A program made the translations under genes and the position numbers. Of a DNA stretch of 64,000 bases, positions 12,918-26,820 are shown piece by piece (position 1 is the first letter of the stretch; the number at the start of each line of letters is the position of its first letter). Below the pieces are notes generated by a model. The model did not search any database and had not been told where the DNA came from. It saw nothing but the letters and a program-made list of their open reading frames with translations. Source of the DNA: Proteromonas lacertae. Taxonomy: Eukaryota. The stretch is taken from the NCBI GenBank assembly GCA_002245135.1, contig NGBS01000008.1, positions 1-64,000 of the forward strand, written 5' to 3'.

Positions 12918-15094
12918 ATGTCTGAAAGTGATATAATCGTAAAACAATTGGGTCATAAAAAATGTGTGAAGCTAGTAGAACATAATGGCCATCTATTGGT
13001 TAGAAAAGAGATAAAAGTGAAAGATAATGGTTTAGAAAAGTGTGAAAGGGAAATGAAAATGTTAGATAAAGTCCTCAATGACGATATGATGATTTATAAA
13101 GATAGTTATTTCAGTAAAGAAGAAGAAATTTATTACCTTTATAGTGAATATTACAAAAATGGAAGTTTACATGATAAACTAGAAAAGCAAAATCATCGAG
13201 ACATTGAATTATTTGTATATATCTAATATTTAATATATATATATTTGTTTAGGTTGTATTAAAGTGTATGAAAGAGTTGATAAATGGATTAAAATACATA
13301 CATAGTAAGAATATTATTCATCGAGATTTGAAACCAGGAAATATATTAGTTGGAGATGATGGTAATTTAATAATAAGCGATTTTGGATTATCTATAGAAC
13401 AAGGCTCAATTGATAATCTCTTAAGAGGGACTTATAATTATATTGCTCCTGAAGTGTATGAAAATGAAGAAAATCGTCCTTATTCTACAGCTAGTGATAT
13501 ATTTGCTTTGGGTTGTATATTCTATGAAATCTATACCTTAAAACAATTATATGCTGGAAAAGATAAAGAAAAAATCAAAGCTAAAATAATCAATAAGAAC
13601 GATATTTGTTTTGGAAGAAATAATTTAGAGAGAAATTTATCAATGGAAAGTTTAATAGAGAAAATGATTAGAAAAGATCCTAGAAAAAGACTAGATCTAA
13701 GCAGTATTGAAAGAAGAGTGGAAATTATCGATGAAGATTTGAAGAATTCTTCACTACCAAAAAAGTCATTATGTTCCTGTTGGTCAGATTATTCATCTGT
13801 AGATTATAATATAACAGTTGGTTTTTATTTACATAATGAACATATTGCAAGAAAATCACTTGAAGATATTTGTAAAATGAATCAAAAAGAATTTAATCAG
13901 TATTGGAAATATGATTATTTAAATATGATATTTCCTGTTGTTGATCAAGATATCCCACCATTTACTGTTGATGATTTAAGTAAATTGAAAGAAGGAGAGA
14001 ATAAATATTTAGATAATTTGAAGAAACTTTTAGTTGAAATAAGTCATCTTGATGAAGTTAAGATTTATAATATATCAAAGAGAATGAAATCATTTTTATC
14101 CTCTGTTGGCTTAGAATATTTATTTGATGAAATATTTTCACCATCCCAACCAAGAAGAATTCCAGTTTATTATTATGGAGATGTACATCCATCAAGATGG
14201 ATTCATGTTACTGATGTAGAAATTGAAAATTGCCCATTCCAAGTTATTAGATTATATTATGAAACTCCAAATAATCGAAATAGATTATTATCAGTGAATG
14301 TAGAACCAACATTTACCACTTTGAAAGGAACAATAATAGGATCTGAAGGATTAGATGTATTTTTTTTAAATAAAATAAGATTTGGTGATTGGTGGTGGAA
14401 AAATAAAGAAGAAGGTTATATTTATGTTCCAGTTTATCAAAGAGGAGGATATCATTCTTCTAAATGGATATTTAGAGCTATTGCTCCTATTGATGCAAGA
14501 TATAAAGATATAATTAAATGTTTTTATTTTGGTCGTCGTAGGGAAGGAAATGAATTATTATCTGTAATTGGAGAAACAAATTTTGAACATTTGGATGGAA
14601 GAGAAGTTGTTGGATCATCAGGAATAGATGAAGAATATTTGAATAAAATATCTCAATATGGTTGGTGGTGGATAAATGAATCAGATAAAAAGAAAGTAGG
14701 TAATGAAAACATACAAGATTTATTAAGTGGAATATTCAAACTAAAAGAAACAATATCATCTTCTAAACCCAAATGCAACCCAAATGATAAAGGATTTATA
14801 TATGTGCCTGTTTATCAAAGAGGAGGACATCATCCTTCTAAATGGATATATCAAACAACTGCTCCAATTTATGTAAAATATGAAGATAAAATTAAATGTC
14901 TTTATTATGCTGGAAGTGATGAAGGAAATGAGTTATTATCTGTTATTGGAGAACCAAGTGATTATCATTTGAATGGAAGACAAGTTGAAGGATCATCAGG
15001 AATTGACAGAGATTATTTGAAAAAGATATCCCAAGGCGGTTGGTGGATTGAAGAAAACAGCGTTGAAGAGTCTTTTGCTTTTGTTTCATTATAA
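12918..15094 (+). CDS. Paralogous kinase with three Trp-rich repeats
   Basis: Two exons (intron at about 13215-13252). Long stretches are near-identical to 10880-12700. The Gly-rich loop is degenerate (LGHKKCV). Confidence 0.88.
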
Positions 15095-15139
15095 AAACAT
15101 ATTTCGTTCATTTTATACACTTATTATGTTGTAATTGAA

Positions 15140-15430
15140 AAAAATAAATCAAATAAGTTTGATTACTCTCAAGCATTTTGAAATTGTTTTTTGTGATTAT
15201 GAGAGAATCTTATCGTTCTACTCAATGCTGCTTTATCAAATGAAATGCGCCACATATATCTAGTTGTTCACAAGAAATAGTGTTGTTTAAAGCAAAGAAT
15301 GATCAATTCACGAATCATGTGATGTATGCATGTTACATATTTAGAATCTATAAGATTGATGCAAGAAAAATCCAAAATAAATGCTGGTATAATTATTTTG
15401 AAGATTTTAGTTGATATGCCTTATTCTTCT
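15140..15430 (+). pseudogene. Degraded duplicate of the promoter and 5' end of the gene at 18860
   Basis: Aligns by eye to about 18800-19090 (aagtttgattac, ttgtgattatgag, cttatcgtt, gaaatagtgtt, tcacgaat, gatatgccttat) and carries stops. Confidence 0.75.
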
Positions 15431-16089
15431 CTAGAGCTTAATAATTATACAAAGTTCTGTACGAATGGAACAAGTAAAGCATTGTTGGTAGTGAAAATAA
15501 TGAAATCAACTCTATACGTAATTTTGGTTAGCTTAGAATATAAGGAGTAAGAATGGAATAATAATACACTAGACAAAAGGGTTGTTGATAATGGGAATAT
15601 TCCTACTAATATTTTCAATCTAGATTTATCTCCTTTATCTTCACCAATACCTTCGCCTTCACATTTTCTTCAACCTTCTCGTTCACCTCCACACTCCCCT
15701 TTATTTTCTTATTCAGACCCACCTCCGTTAGAATCATTATTTGAATTATCCCCATTACAACTACCTCCATATCAATTAACTCCACAGAGATCTCCATTTA
15801 CACCTCAACCTTCATCCTATGTAATTGACAATTTACCTTCTACAACAGATCTTTCATATGGAGTTAATGAAGCAGTACAAACTACGAATGAAAAGTGTTC
15901 AAGACGCGAGAATCATACAATTTACGCACTTTTATACGATAGTATAAAAAGAAGAAGATTAAATGAAGAATTTGGACAATCATCCTCATCATCACTTTCA
16001 AAAGGAAATAAGAACAGTTTATCACAATTTGAACCACCAAAGAGAATATTCTGAGATGCAAATACAATTTAGATTTAGAATGTAATGAT

Positions 16090-17363
16090 ATGATGAAACA
16101 AATGATAGATAAAATGTTAAAAATGAAAAATGAAGAAAGATTAAGTTTAAAAGAGTTTAGAAAAGAAATGATAAAAGTGAGTGAGATATTAAAAGATGAA
16201 AATAACATGGTGATATGTGAAGAAAGAAAAAATATGTTGTATGATAATGATATTGTAATTATAAAATTTCCAATATTATATCCATCAAAATATTATGCTG
16301 ACAATGAAAAATGGGAGGTGATTAAAGATAGGATAATAAAATCCTACAATAATGAACCAAACGAAAGAATATTGTCAATGTTATTGATGATGAAAATATA
16401 CAAAGAAGATAATTCAATTGAAGATAAATTGAAATTTCAATTACATCACAAATGTAGATATGGAGAATGTAATTTAGATGAGATGATATTTAAGATAAAA
16501 AGAGATTGTTTAGATAAAGAAATGATGAGCATAGTATCGTATCGTATTGAGTAATGTCTCAATAGATGATGAAAATGTAATATTATTGGCTGATAAGTTA
16601 GATTCAATTTCTAATTGCAACACAATAAATTTAGATGGAAATAATATTAGAATGAAAGGATTAAAAACAATATGTTCAAAATCATTAGAAAAAGAAGATT
16701 ATCCATTTATAGAAATGAAATATTCCTCAATGACAAAAGAAGAATTGGAATACTATTTGGATTATTGTATTAAAAAGAAAAGAGATGAATATAATAAAAA
16801 CTATAATTTTTCTAGTATATTATCTATATTTGTAATGAAATAGATTTAAATCTGGATGATTCTCACATTTAATTGATAAAACAAATTGATTATAAAATAC
16901 TTTATATATGCAATGATAGAATTAGTTCTAATGGATTAAAAGAATTAACAGATTCTTTACCAGAAAATGTAGAATATATCTCAATACACAATAATCCAAT
17001 TGGAGATGGCGGAGTAGAGATAATATGCAAATATATGGATAAATTTGTGTAATTTGAATAGACATTGGAATGAGTGAAAAAGGATTAGAAGTATTAATAA
17101 AAAGATTAAAAGATTATAAACCACTGACATATCTATATCTATCAGGAAATGAATTAAACGAAAAAGAATTGAGATTAATGAAAGAAAACAAAGAAGTATT
17201 TGAAGATTTAGAAAAATTATCAGTAACATTAAAAGAAGATATAGATAAATCAGAATTAAAATCATTCTTAGAAACATTAACATTCATTATTGAAATAGAG
17301 ATAGATGGAATATCAGAAGAAGAAAAGAAAGAATTATCAAAAGAGAACTGGAATATTTTATAA
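16090..17363 (+). pseudogene. 5'-truncated kinase-LRR family pseudogene
   Basis: Only the kinase C-terminal end remains (IDKMLKMKNEERLSL), followed by a QLHHKCxxxxCxLD motif and LRRs. Frameshift at about 16540 and an in-frame TAA at about 16870. Confidence 0.7.
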
Positions 17364-17545
17364 TTGATAATTATTAATTGGTTTACTCTATTATTTGCTA
17401 ATAAAAATGTAATTTTATATCACATTATACATATTTTCATTGTTTTAGTTGATTATAAATACATTTTATGTTTATTTTAATCAAATAATTCAAAATACAT
17501 TTTCAAACCATCATCAAACCTTCATTGTATTCATTTCATATTATA

Positions 17546-18727
17546 ATGTCAATGGAAGACTCTAGTGAATCAGTTTGTGAATGCGATGAAGTTATTAAAT
17601 TAATAGATGAAGATGATATCTATAAAATCTGTTTAGTAAAACATTTTGGTGAAAGAGTGTTAAGAAAAGAGACGAAACATGGATTTTCAAATGATGAAAT
17701 TGATGTAATAAAAGGTTTAAAACATCGAAATGTGGTCGAATTTGTTGGTTGTTTAGTAAATGACACTGCGAATGTATTATATACTAAATATTATGAGAAA
17801 GGTGATTTAAGCGGATTAATAGAAGAAAGAAAGAATAAGAATGAGTATTTTTCAAATTTTGTATATCTTGATTTAAATAATATGTTGTTTATAGGATATG
17901 TTGAATTATATGTATGATTTAGTAAATGGATTGAAATACATTCACAACAAAGGATATATTCATAGAGATTTAAATCCTAACAATATATTAATAGGAGATG
18001 AAAATGAGTTAGTTATAAGTGGATTTGAATTTGCAGTAAAAAAGGATAAAAACGATAATGAAATTTCAGGAACGCCAACATATATGTCACCAGAAAGATT
18101 AATAGAAAATGGAGATGGATATAATGAAATGAGTGATATATATTCTTTAGGTTGTATATTATATGAGATATACACATTAAGAGTATTAAATGAAAGTGAT
18201 AGTATGTCAGAGTTAATAGAGAAGATAAACAGTGATAGAAAAGATTTAAATTTTGAAAGAATGAATGGTAAAAGAGAATTAATGATAGAAGAATTAATAA
18301 TGCGAATGATAGAAAAAAATGCAAAGAAAAGAATAAAAGTGAATGAAATTGAAGAAAGATTAAATCAAATAATATTATCTCAACAGTTAGAAACACCATC
18401 TACTACTTCTGGTAGTAACAATAAATCTCTAATTGTTGATTTCTATTTGAATGGTGGTTGTGTAGGAGGTAATTCATTGAAAGAAATAAGTGTAATGAAT
18501 GAAGAAGAATTTAACTCATTTTGGAAAGATGATTATCAAAGTGTATAATATTATATTTGTTATTGATGTATAATTAATAGATTTTATTTCCATCAATTAA
18601 TCAAGGCAATCCACCATTCACTGTTGAAGATTCAAACAAATTGAAATCTAACAGAGAAATATTTCTTCCTTATCTAAACAAAGTAATTGATTTTCTTAAT
18701 AAAAGATTAACTAAAGATATTATTTAA
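17546..18727 (+). CDS. Third kinase-cluster paralog, a probable pseudokinase without the Trp-rich repeats
   Basis: HRDLNPNN, SGFEF in place of DFG, GTPTYMSPE. Shares the VDFYLN...DY..|IFP..Q.NPPFT segment. Two introns. Confidence 0.8.
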
Positions 18728-18859
18728 TATGTTATATGATTTATTATTGTTTTCTTTTCATAATAATGATCAATCGAGAAAACAATTTATATTAAATATC
18801 AAAGTAAGTTTGATTACCTCAAATATTTTTTTGACTGTTTTTTCTTATTTTTTGTGATT

Positions 18860-20301
18860 ATGAGCAATCCTTATCGTTTAACTCAACGACCTTTTGCAAC
18901 TAAATTTACACCTCACCCACCTAATCATTCAAAACGAAATAGTGTTATTCAAACTAAAGGATTAACAACTCACGAATTATATGGTATATATAGAATATAT
19001 GTTGTTAGAAGCTGTAATATTGGGTAAGAAAAACTCAAAAAGAAAGGCCAGTAAAGTTACATTAAAGACTTTACTGGATATGCCTTATACGGCTTTAGAA
19101 TCCCTTCCTGCTTATTCCATTGATACAAGTACATCTTCAATATATTCATATTATTATCCATTTAATATTACAAAGTATTATTCATATTTTTAGAATAAAC
19201 AAATAATAGATATGACACAAATGTGGAAGATGCAGAATTTCGAGAAGAGTTATTAGATGTGCATGGTTTTATATTATCTCAACCAATATTCTGTAAAACA
19301 TCCTACAAATTATTCGAAGAACTAACAGAGCAACCATGTTTTGTGGATTTTGTAGTAACATTCAAACAATATTTCCAATTGTATAACAAATATCTACAAG
19401 AAGAAGACGAATACAATGATTTAGATAAAAGAATAGAAGATAAATCCATCACATCAGAATCTTTAGATAAAATCAAAAAAGAATGTGATGAAATTTTAGA
19501 TAAACTCTGTGAACTGTATAGTACAATATTACTACGAGATATTAACTTTGAATCTGTAACAATAGAAACAGAGGTATTTGAAGGTGTATATCAATTTATA
19601 ACAGAATTAGCACGGAAATCAAAAGAAATAGACAAAAAGAACATGTCTAAAGTGATTAAGCAAATTGGTTTTGTAATAAGAAGTGAGAAATTCAATAAAG
19701 AAGCTGTTTTAGAGAATCAAATAAACGATGAAACTAATCATTCTAGATTTGGAAAACCTCCATTTATTATCACTGATAATGGATTACAGAAATACAAAGA
19801 TAAAGATGTAGAAGAATTAGATGAATTGTTTAAGAATAAATATTCAGTAATATCTGATAAAAGAGTAGGAGTTACTCCTTATGATGCAAAGAAAGTGGAA
19901 AATCTAAGAGTTAAACAGTATATATTTAATACTACTTTTTATTAATAAATAGAATTGGAAGAAAATTGAAATATATGAATAATTGTATAGACACAACAGA
20001 AGATTGGAGAACAGGTAAAATGTTAGAAAAGAAATTAATTAAAGAGAATGATGGACTTCCAGTGAATTTCCATGTTGAGAGAAAGAAATTAAAAATAAAA
20101 AGAGAAATTCATAAATTTTTTGAACAGAGATCTCCTTGTTTATCTGCTCGATTACCATCTCCTCGACAGAAGGCAAGTGCTTATCAGAGACCAAGGAAAT
20201 CGATGTTACCAAGGATTAATAAGAGTAATAGTAACAATAATGAAGAAGAAGAAGAAGATTATGAAGGTGATGATGCAGCGTTTGTGTGGGCTATTGAATA
20301 A
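18860..20301 (+). CDS. PPP1R36-like (PPPI_inhib family) protein
   Basis: LCELYSTILL...EVFEGVY...IGFVIRSEKFN and QRSPCLSARLPS resemble motifs recalled for PPP1R36. Multi-exon. Confidence 0.5.
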
Positions 20302-20408
20302 TTTATGAAAAGTGTTGTAAGTTTTAATGTATATAAATAGATAATTTTATTTAATTATTATTTAAAAATACAAGATATAAAAATGAAAATTTATAAATAA
20401 CACAAAAT

Positions 20409-20746
20409 TTATCCGCCGTGAAGTGTAGAAACAAAAACAACATTATCATTATCATTCAAAACTGTATTTTCACCTTCCAATACATCATAATCTGTGTCAT
20501 TTACAATAACAATGATTCCAGGTTTACTACAATAAAATAAATTCAATTAAACAATACATTGACCCATTTTCAACAAAAAGATCATGAGAACCAGTGATAA
20601 TGTTTTTATCTAACCAATTAACTAAATCCTTGATTGTCTTAACATCGGCATTGATTTCATGTTTAGTAACATTGTCTGCCAATATCTCCAATCCGCCTCT
20701 ATAGATAAATAAACGATCTATACGAAAATTCAATGTGTAACAGCAT
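20409..20746 (-). CDS. URM1: Ubiquitin-related modifier 1
   Basis: Three exons: IEFSGGLEIL...[19 protein letters not shown]...VFVSTLHGG, then stop. Confidence 0.96.
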
Positions 20747-20813
20747 TTTTAAAAACTCGAGCAAAAGCTTGTTCGTTATTTTTATAAAATAAAATATTTC
20801 TTGATACAAAAGG

Positions 20814-21473
20814 ATGGGTGTATGCTCATCAGTACCACAGGAAAAGGTATGTTCCCAAAATGTCATTTTATCATAATAGACTTCTGATGTTCTGATTTTG
20901 AAAAAGAGATCACCGGAACTAGAGCAATTAGATCTTTATACACAGATTAAAGTAATAAAATGTATAATACCTTCTATATATTTTACCTAGGCGTTGGACT
21001 TCCAATCAACTGCATTTCAAAACTTTCGAATGCATTATGCAGTAATCTATATCAAAATTTATTAGAACTACATCTATCGAGGAATAAACTAGGTGAACAA
21101 GGAATACAACTTCTTTCATCTGCTTTAAAAAGTTCAAGCTGTATTGGTTTAGAAGTATTAGATGTGTCAGAAAATAGAATATCAATAGGCGGTACAAATG
21201 TCCTTTCATCCGCATTTTTGGCTGGAGCTTGTTTACATCTGAAGAATCTTAATTTAAATGATAATCAGATCGTAGGTAAAGGAATTACCTATCTAATGGA
21301 AGTATTCAGAAAAGGAGCTTGTCCAAATTTAGAAGTATTGAAAATAGGATGTATATATATATTTATATTTATATTTATATTTAGTAAATCGATTTGGTAA
21401 TACTGGTCTAATGCAAGTAATAACAACACTAAAGAAAGGTGGTTTACCACACATTAAAGAATTAGATTTAGCT

Positions 21474-21510
<37 letters not shown>

Positions 21511-22340
21511 TAATAATAATAGTTAATCGTATTGGAGATCATAGTCTAAAAGAATTCAGTAAAGAATGTATAAAATCTGCACCACATTTGAAATCCCTTA
21601 TCTTTGATGGTAATATAATAACTCATACTGGTATTGAATATCTCGCCTCTGGTATGTCTAAAGGAGCGTTAAGAGAGTTGGATAAATTATCATTGAAATG
21701 GAATGAAACTAGTAATATGGCGATGGAGAAATTATCTCAGTCAATTAGAATACAGAAGATATTAACAACTTTAACTTATATAGATCTTGAAAGTATAAAT
21801 AATAATAATTATATATATATATATTTATATACTATTTATAGGATGTAGGATAACTCACAGTGCAATCACATCATTTACTACTACACTCGCAAGAGGAGGT
21901 TGTCCTTTACTTTCCACTTTAATATTAGATGACAATGCAATAGGTAATACAGGTTTGATCAGTATTTGTAATTGTTTATTATCAGATGGTATGAAAATGT
22001 TAAATTTATTAAGTTTAAGAAGTTGCTGTTTAACAAGTGATGGAATTTATTGTCTTAGTTATACAATTGGTAGTAGTAAATTGACACATTTGTCATCATT
22101 GGTTTTGTCTAATAATAATATTGAGTCAAAAGGTATAAAATCTCTGATTGATAAGATGGGTAAAGAAACATGTCCTTCTATGAGAAGCTTAGATATTAGT
22201 TATAATTTGTTTGATGAAACGACTACTTTACAGTTTGCTGGGTTGAAAGCTGCATTACCTACATTAATATCTATAAAATGTGAGAGTATGATTATTTATA
22301 TTTTATTATTTCCATAGAAAGATCCATATTTGTCGATTAG
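20814..22340 (+). CDS. RNI-like LRR protein with a probable N-acylation motif
   Basis: Starts MGVCSS. Many roughly 28-aa LxxLxLxxNxIG repeats run across the exons. Confidence 0.85.
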
Positions 22341-22512
22341 AAGTAAAATAAAGTTATTTATTTGTTATTTTATTTATTTTTTAATTTTTTATTGATATGT
22401 ATGTATATATAGAGTTTATTCGTTATTGAATGAAGAGAATAAAAATTCAAATTTAAAATCTATTTTGAATTAGAATGCTTGAGAAAGCTTGGTAATCTTA
22501 AAAAATTGAAAG

Positions 22513-23900
22513 ATGAGTATACCAAGTTCAAACATCGATATAAATAATACAGTTCCGCTGAAAAGTGATTCTGCTTCAGCTCAAAGTATTTTTTAATGTT
22601 ATCCATATCATTGTCATAATAGATTCTTCAAATCAAGTCAATTCTTCTCTATTCATCAGTGAGAAGGTAGATAATTTAACTACAAATAGTTTAGCAAAGT
22701 ATGGCAAACCAGTGTCATCTGTATTACTAATTTTTATTGTGATATAGACTTCACAATCTATAGCTTCTCATATTCCATCAATATTATGCCATTCATCACA
22801 ATCATCAGTATTATCACCTCCAGCAATTACTAATTCACAAAATGAGTTATTAAAGGTAAAAGAAGAAAAGCAAGGAGATAAACCAAATTTATTAACGACA
22901 ATATATAATAATGCCGCTGTTAGTTCCCCACCAATATCCATAAAAACAGGTAATCAAAAATTAGCCAATAATGTGAAGGAATTAGCTAGTGAATTCAAAT
23001 CAAAGCCAATATTAATGACAAATTGTACAACATTACCATCTTCAATATTTTCTACAATACCCATCAATGGATTAAATCCAATTAAACAAGCAACAGTTCA
23101 TGTTGTATATTCATCCAAACCAATACCAGCAGTTGTATCTAATGATTCATCTGTAGCAACTACTCCAACAAATACAACACCAAAACAAAGACAATCACCT
23201 CACGAATTCCATAACCTAGTGAACGAAGTGAAGAATACGCTGAATGATGGTGATAAATTAAAATCAATGATAATGAATACGCCGTTAAACACATCAGTCG
23301 CATCCTTGAATATTCCATCAATACAATCTCATCAATCAAACTCATCATCAAGCCCATTTATAAATAGCACAACAACAACTGCATCATTAGAAACAGTAGT
23401 GAATAAAGGTGAAAATGAGTTTACATCTCCTATTATTACTCCAGTAGATCAAAATAAAGGTGTTAAAAGGAAGAGATCTTCTGATAGTGTATTTTTACAA
23501 CGAATATATTTTTTAGAATAGCAAAATTGGTAGTGGTTCAGAATTCTCCTCAGATTCAGACGATGATGAAGAATACAACAGTACAAAGAAGAGAAGAAGT
23601 AATGAAGGAATATCAACCAAACATAGATCAAAAATAACAAAGCATCATCACTATAATAATAATAATAATAATAACGATTCACAATTACAACAGCAGGGAC
23701 AAGGACAGCAAGGACAGATACAACAGTTGTATTGTATTTGTAATAAACCGTATTTATTATACTATATATTATATTTCTTTTTTTTATATTGATTAGATAT
23801 GATGGTCGATTTTATCATATAAATTGCAATGAATGTCACAATTGGTATCATGGAAAATGTGTTAATGTTACTCCATCAATGGGTAGTAATATTATACAAG

Positions 23901-23931
<31 letters not shown>

Positions 23932-25245
23932 TATTATTTAGTATATTTGTCCATCTTGCCATGAAAAAACCGGTAAAGAAACAATCCTACAAGATTCAAC
24001 AACAACAACAACATCATCATCAAACAATACAATATCTAATAATAATAATTCATCTTCTTCAAATAATAATCAAATACTAACTCCAGAAATACCACTAGAT
24101 GCCTGTCCATTCTGTAAAGATCTCTGTCCTTCCATTCAATCAGCAATAATGTGTTGTTTATGTAAAAGATTTACCCATTCAAAGTGTATAGCCAATAATA
24201 ACCGTGAGATTATCAACGATAAGGAATATATATGTAATATTTGTGAATTAACTGAAGAAGGGAAGAAAAGGAAAGAAGAAATATCAAAGAAAATGGCAAT
24301 ATATAATACACCTACAAATACATTATCTACTTCTTCATTATTGAATAATAATAATAATAATAATAATAATAGTTTATCATCAGCATCATCATTAGCTTCA
24401 TCCTCTATTCAATATAGAAAGAATTCATTATCATTTGCAGATTTATCACCAACTACTTTGAGATTATCAAAAGTTGTATATATATTAATTTATTTGTTTT
24501 TGTTATTTAGTATGATGATCCATTAATGAGTTTAATCTATTACAGTGAAGAACCAACTCTATTTCTAGATCATTATATCGCTGTCTATAATGGTAGTGAT
24601 ACTTGGAAAATAGCTAAAATAGAGAAATATAATGGTTATCATAAGAGATATCATGCCAAAGTAGAAGGTGATAAAACTCAATGGATTAGATTAGATAATA
24701 GTGGTAAAAAACCGTATAAATAATAATATCTATTTATTATATATTATAATTATATAGAGATATATGGAGATTTATCCCAACTGTAACTGCCATCAAAGTA
24801 GATAGAAAGAATCAGCAGTCCAGACATTTAATCATCAAAAAAGAGGATTTACTTTCACCATTTACATCATCTGGTACTCCAGAAGATTTGAATAAATATT
24901 ATGTTTATTCACCATTGTCATTAGATGATGAATGTATTGGAGATTCGCTATGTATTTTAAAAGCAGAGAAGTTATGGTTTCCAGCTGTTGTAGAAGAATA
25001 TGATTCATTTACTAAGAATCATATGATTAGGTATGATAATGGTGAAATAGAATGGATTCATTCTACTCATAAAGCTAAATTAGTATATATTTTTTTTATT
25101 TAAATAGCCACCAAAATTATGTGTTGAAGCTGCATTAAATATGAAAATGAAGTTGTTTGAACCTGATACATTTGAAAGTAAAAAACATGATACTAGTTTC
25201 TTACATTTGCCTTATAAAATGTCAATTAAAAGAAAGAGAAATTAA
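22513..25245 (+). CDS. Chromatin reader with two PHD fingers and two Tudor-like domains
   Basis: LYCICNKP..CNECHNWYHGKC..YICPSC and a second CPFC..CCLCKRFTHSKC..CNIC. Tudor-like WKIAKIEKY..YHAKVEG and WFPAVVEEYD..HMIRYDNGEIEWI. Confidence 0.8.
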
Positions 25246-25354
25246 TTTTTATATATATGTTTTTATTATATTTTAACCCAATAATAATATATATTTGCTC
25301 TATTCTTTATGTTAGTATTATTCCTTTCTTTCTATTTACTTAATCATCTTCTAT

Positions 25355-25958
25355 TTACAATAATATCACTAATAATAGCAAAATAATCATAATTGAAGGG
25401 ATTAAAGCTGAAGATATATCTTGATATATTGTTATTTTGTCACTATCTAGAACATTATATACTGTTTTACCATCATCCTTATCAATTATTTGCCCATCTT
25501 GCATATGTAATTTTATAGGGTGTACAATATTAACAAATGGATTATTCGCTTCTCCATCAGTCAACCAACTACCATCACAATTTGCCACTATATAGTTCAT
25601 ACTTACAAAACCATCAGGAGGATTACATTCACCTAATAATCTTTGCTTTATCCCTCCTTTAACAAACACACCTGTTTGACTATAATCCAAATTATCAAGA
25701 GTATATTCGCTATAATCAGCATAATCTTTCTTTGTGACATATTTTGCATACTGAAGTTTGTCTACAAGTTGATAAAATATATGATCATCAGTTAACATTA
25801 ATTTATTATAATTTATCCAGGTATTATTTGGAATTGGTCCATCGGGAGGTACAGTAGCATCAGCTGCTTGTACTATGCAAGCATCGCAAATTAAGACGGT
25901 TGATAATACTATTCATATTATATATGAGGCAGATACAGAGTAAGAAATAAGATTTCAT
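25355..25958 (-). CDS. Secreted, putatively GPI-anchored protein, paralog A
   Basis: MKSYFLL, intron, signal peptide, AADATVPPDGPIP; ends SSALIPSIMIILLLLVILL. Confidence 0.8.
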
Positions 25959-26076
25959 TTTGTCTAACGATAATTTCTTAAAACGAATTTATATTTTTTT
26001 ACAGTAAAACCAAAAAACATCTATAATTAGCACCTGTTACTTTACTGTACTGTTATTTTTTGTTACTGTTTCAGAT

Positions 26077-26710
26077 CTAGATTAATAATATCAATAATAA
26101 TGACAATATTATTAATGATGGAATTAATGAAGAAGAAGCACCTGTGTAATAGTCTACTTTATCTGCACCGATAGTTTCACGTACAGTAGTAGTAATCTCC
26201 TTTTTATCAACATCATAATCATACACCTTACCGTCTTTAATAGCAAAGTACAATTTTTTGGGAATTTGGTCAAAATAACTATAAATTAGTGTATCAGGTA
26301 GCTCAGCATCACCACAATTTTCTTTTAAATAGTTATATCCTGCCCATCCACTGGGATTACAAGCTGCTAATTTTTTTTCTGTTTTTGTTACACCATAACC
26401 TCTTGCACATCTTTCTGGATCGAAATTGCCTTTAGTATACTCAGTATAGTTCTCATGTTGGTTAACTTCCATAAATAAAGCTAATTTATAAGTGGCAGTA
26501 TGCACACAGTATATATGATCTTTTGTGATTTGGGCATTTATATTATTCTGTCCTGTAGGATAAATAATTGCTAGATCATCTGGTATTTGTCCATCTGGAA
26601 GCTTAGTGGGATCAGCTGCTTTAACCACACAAACATAACTGAATAAACAGATTAATAATACTAAAAATGTTATAATATAATCATATACTGAAGTAGAAAT
26701 AAGATTTCAT
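26077..26710 (-). CDS. Secreted, putatively GPI-anchored protein, paralog B
   Basis: MKSYFYF, 28-nt intron, ILLICLFSYVCVVKAADP; ends GASSSLIPSLIILSLLLILLI. Confidence 0.85.
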
Positions 26711-26820
26711 TTGAAACGAATAAAAAACACTAATCATTACAACATAAAAAACACAGCAATATCAATAGTTAATATAATTCAATTTACATTCATATTACTA
26801 TACTTTCACTACTATTACTT

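Noticed and set aside
15600..16080. Pro/Ser-rich stretch as a separate gene or transposon
   Set aside because: It has stops, and no terminal repeats or transposase motifs; probably debris of a decayed gene.
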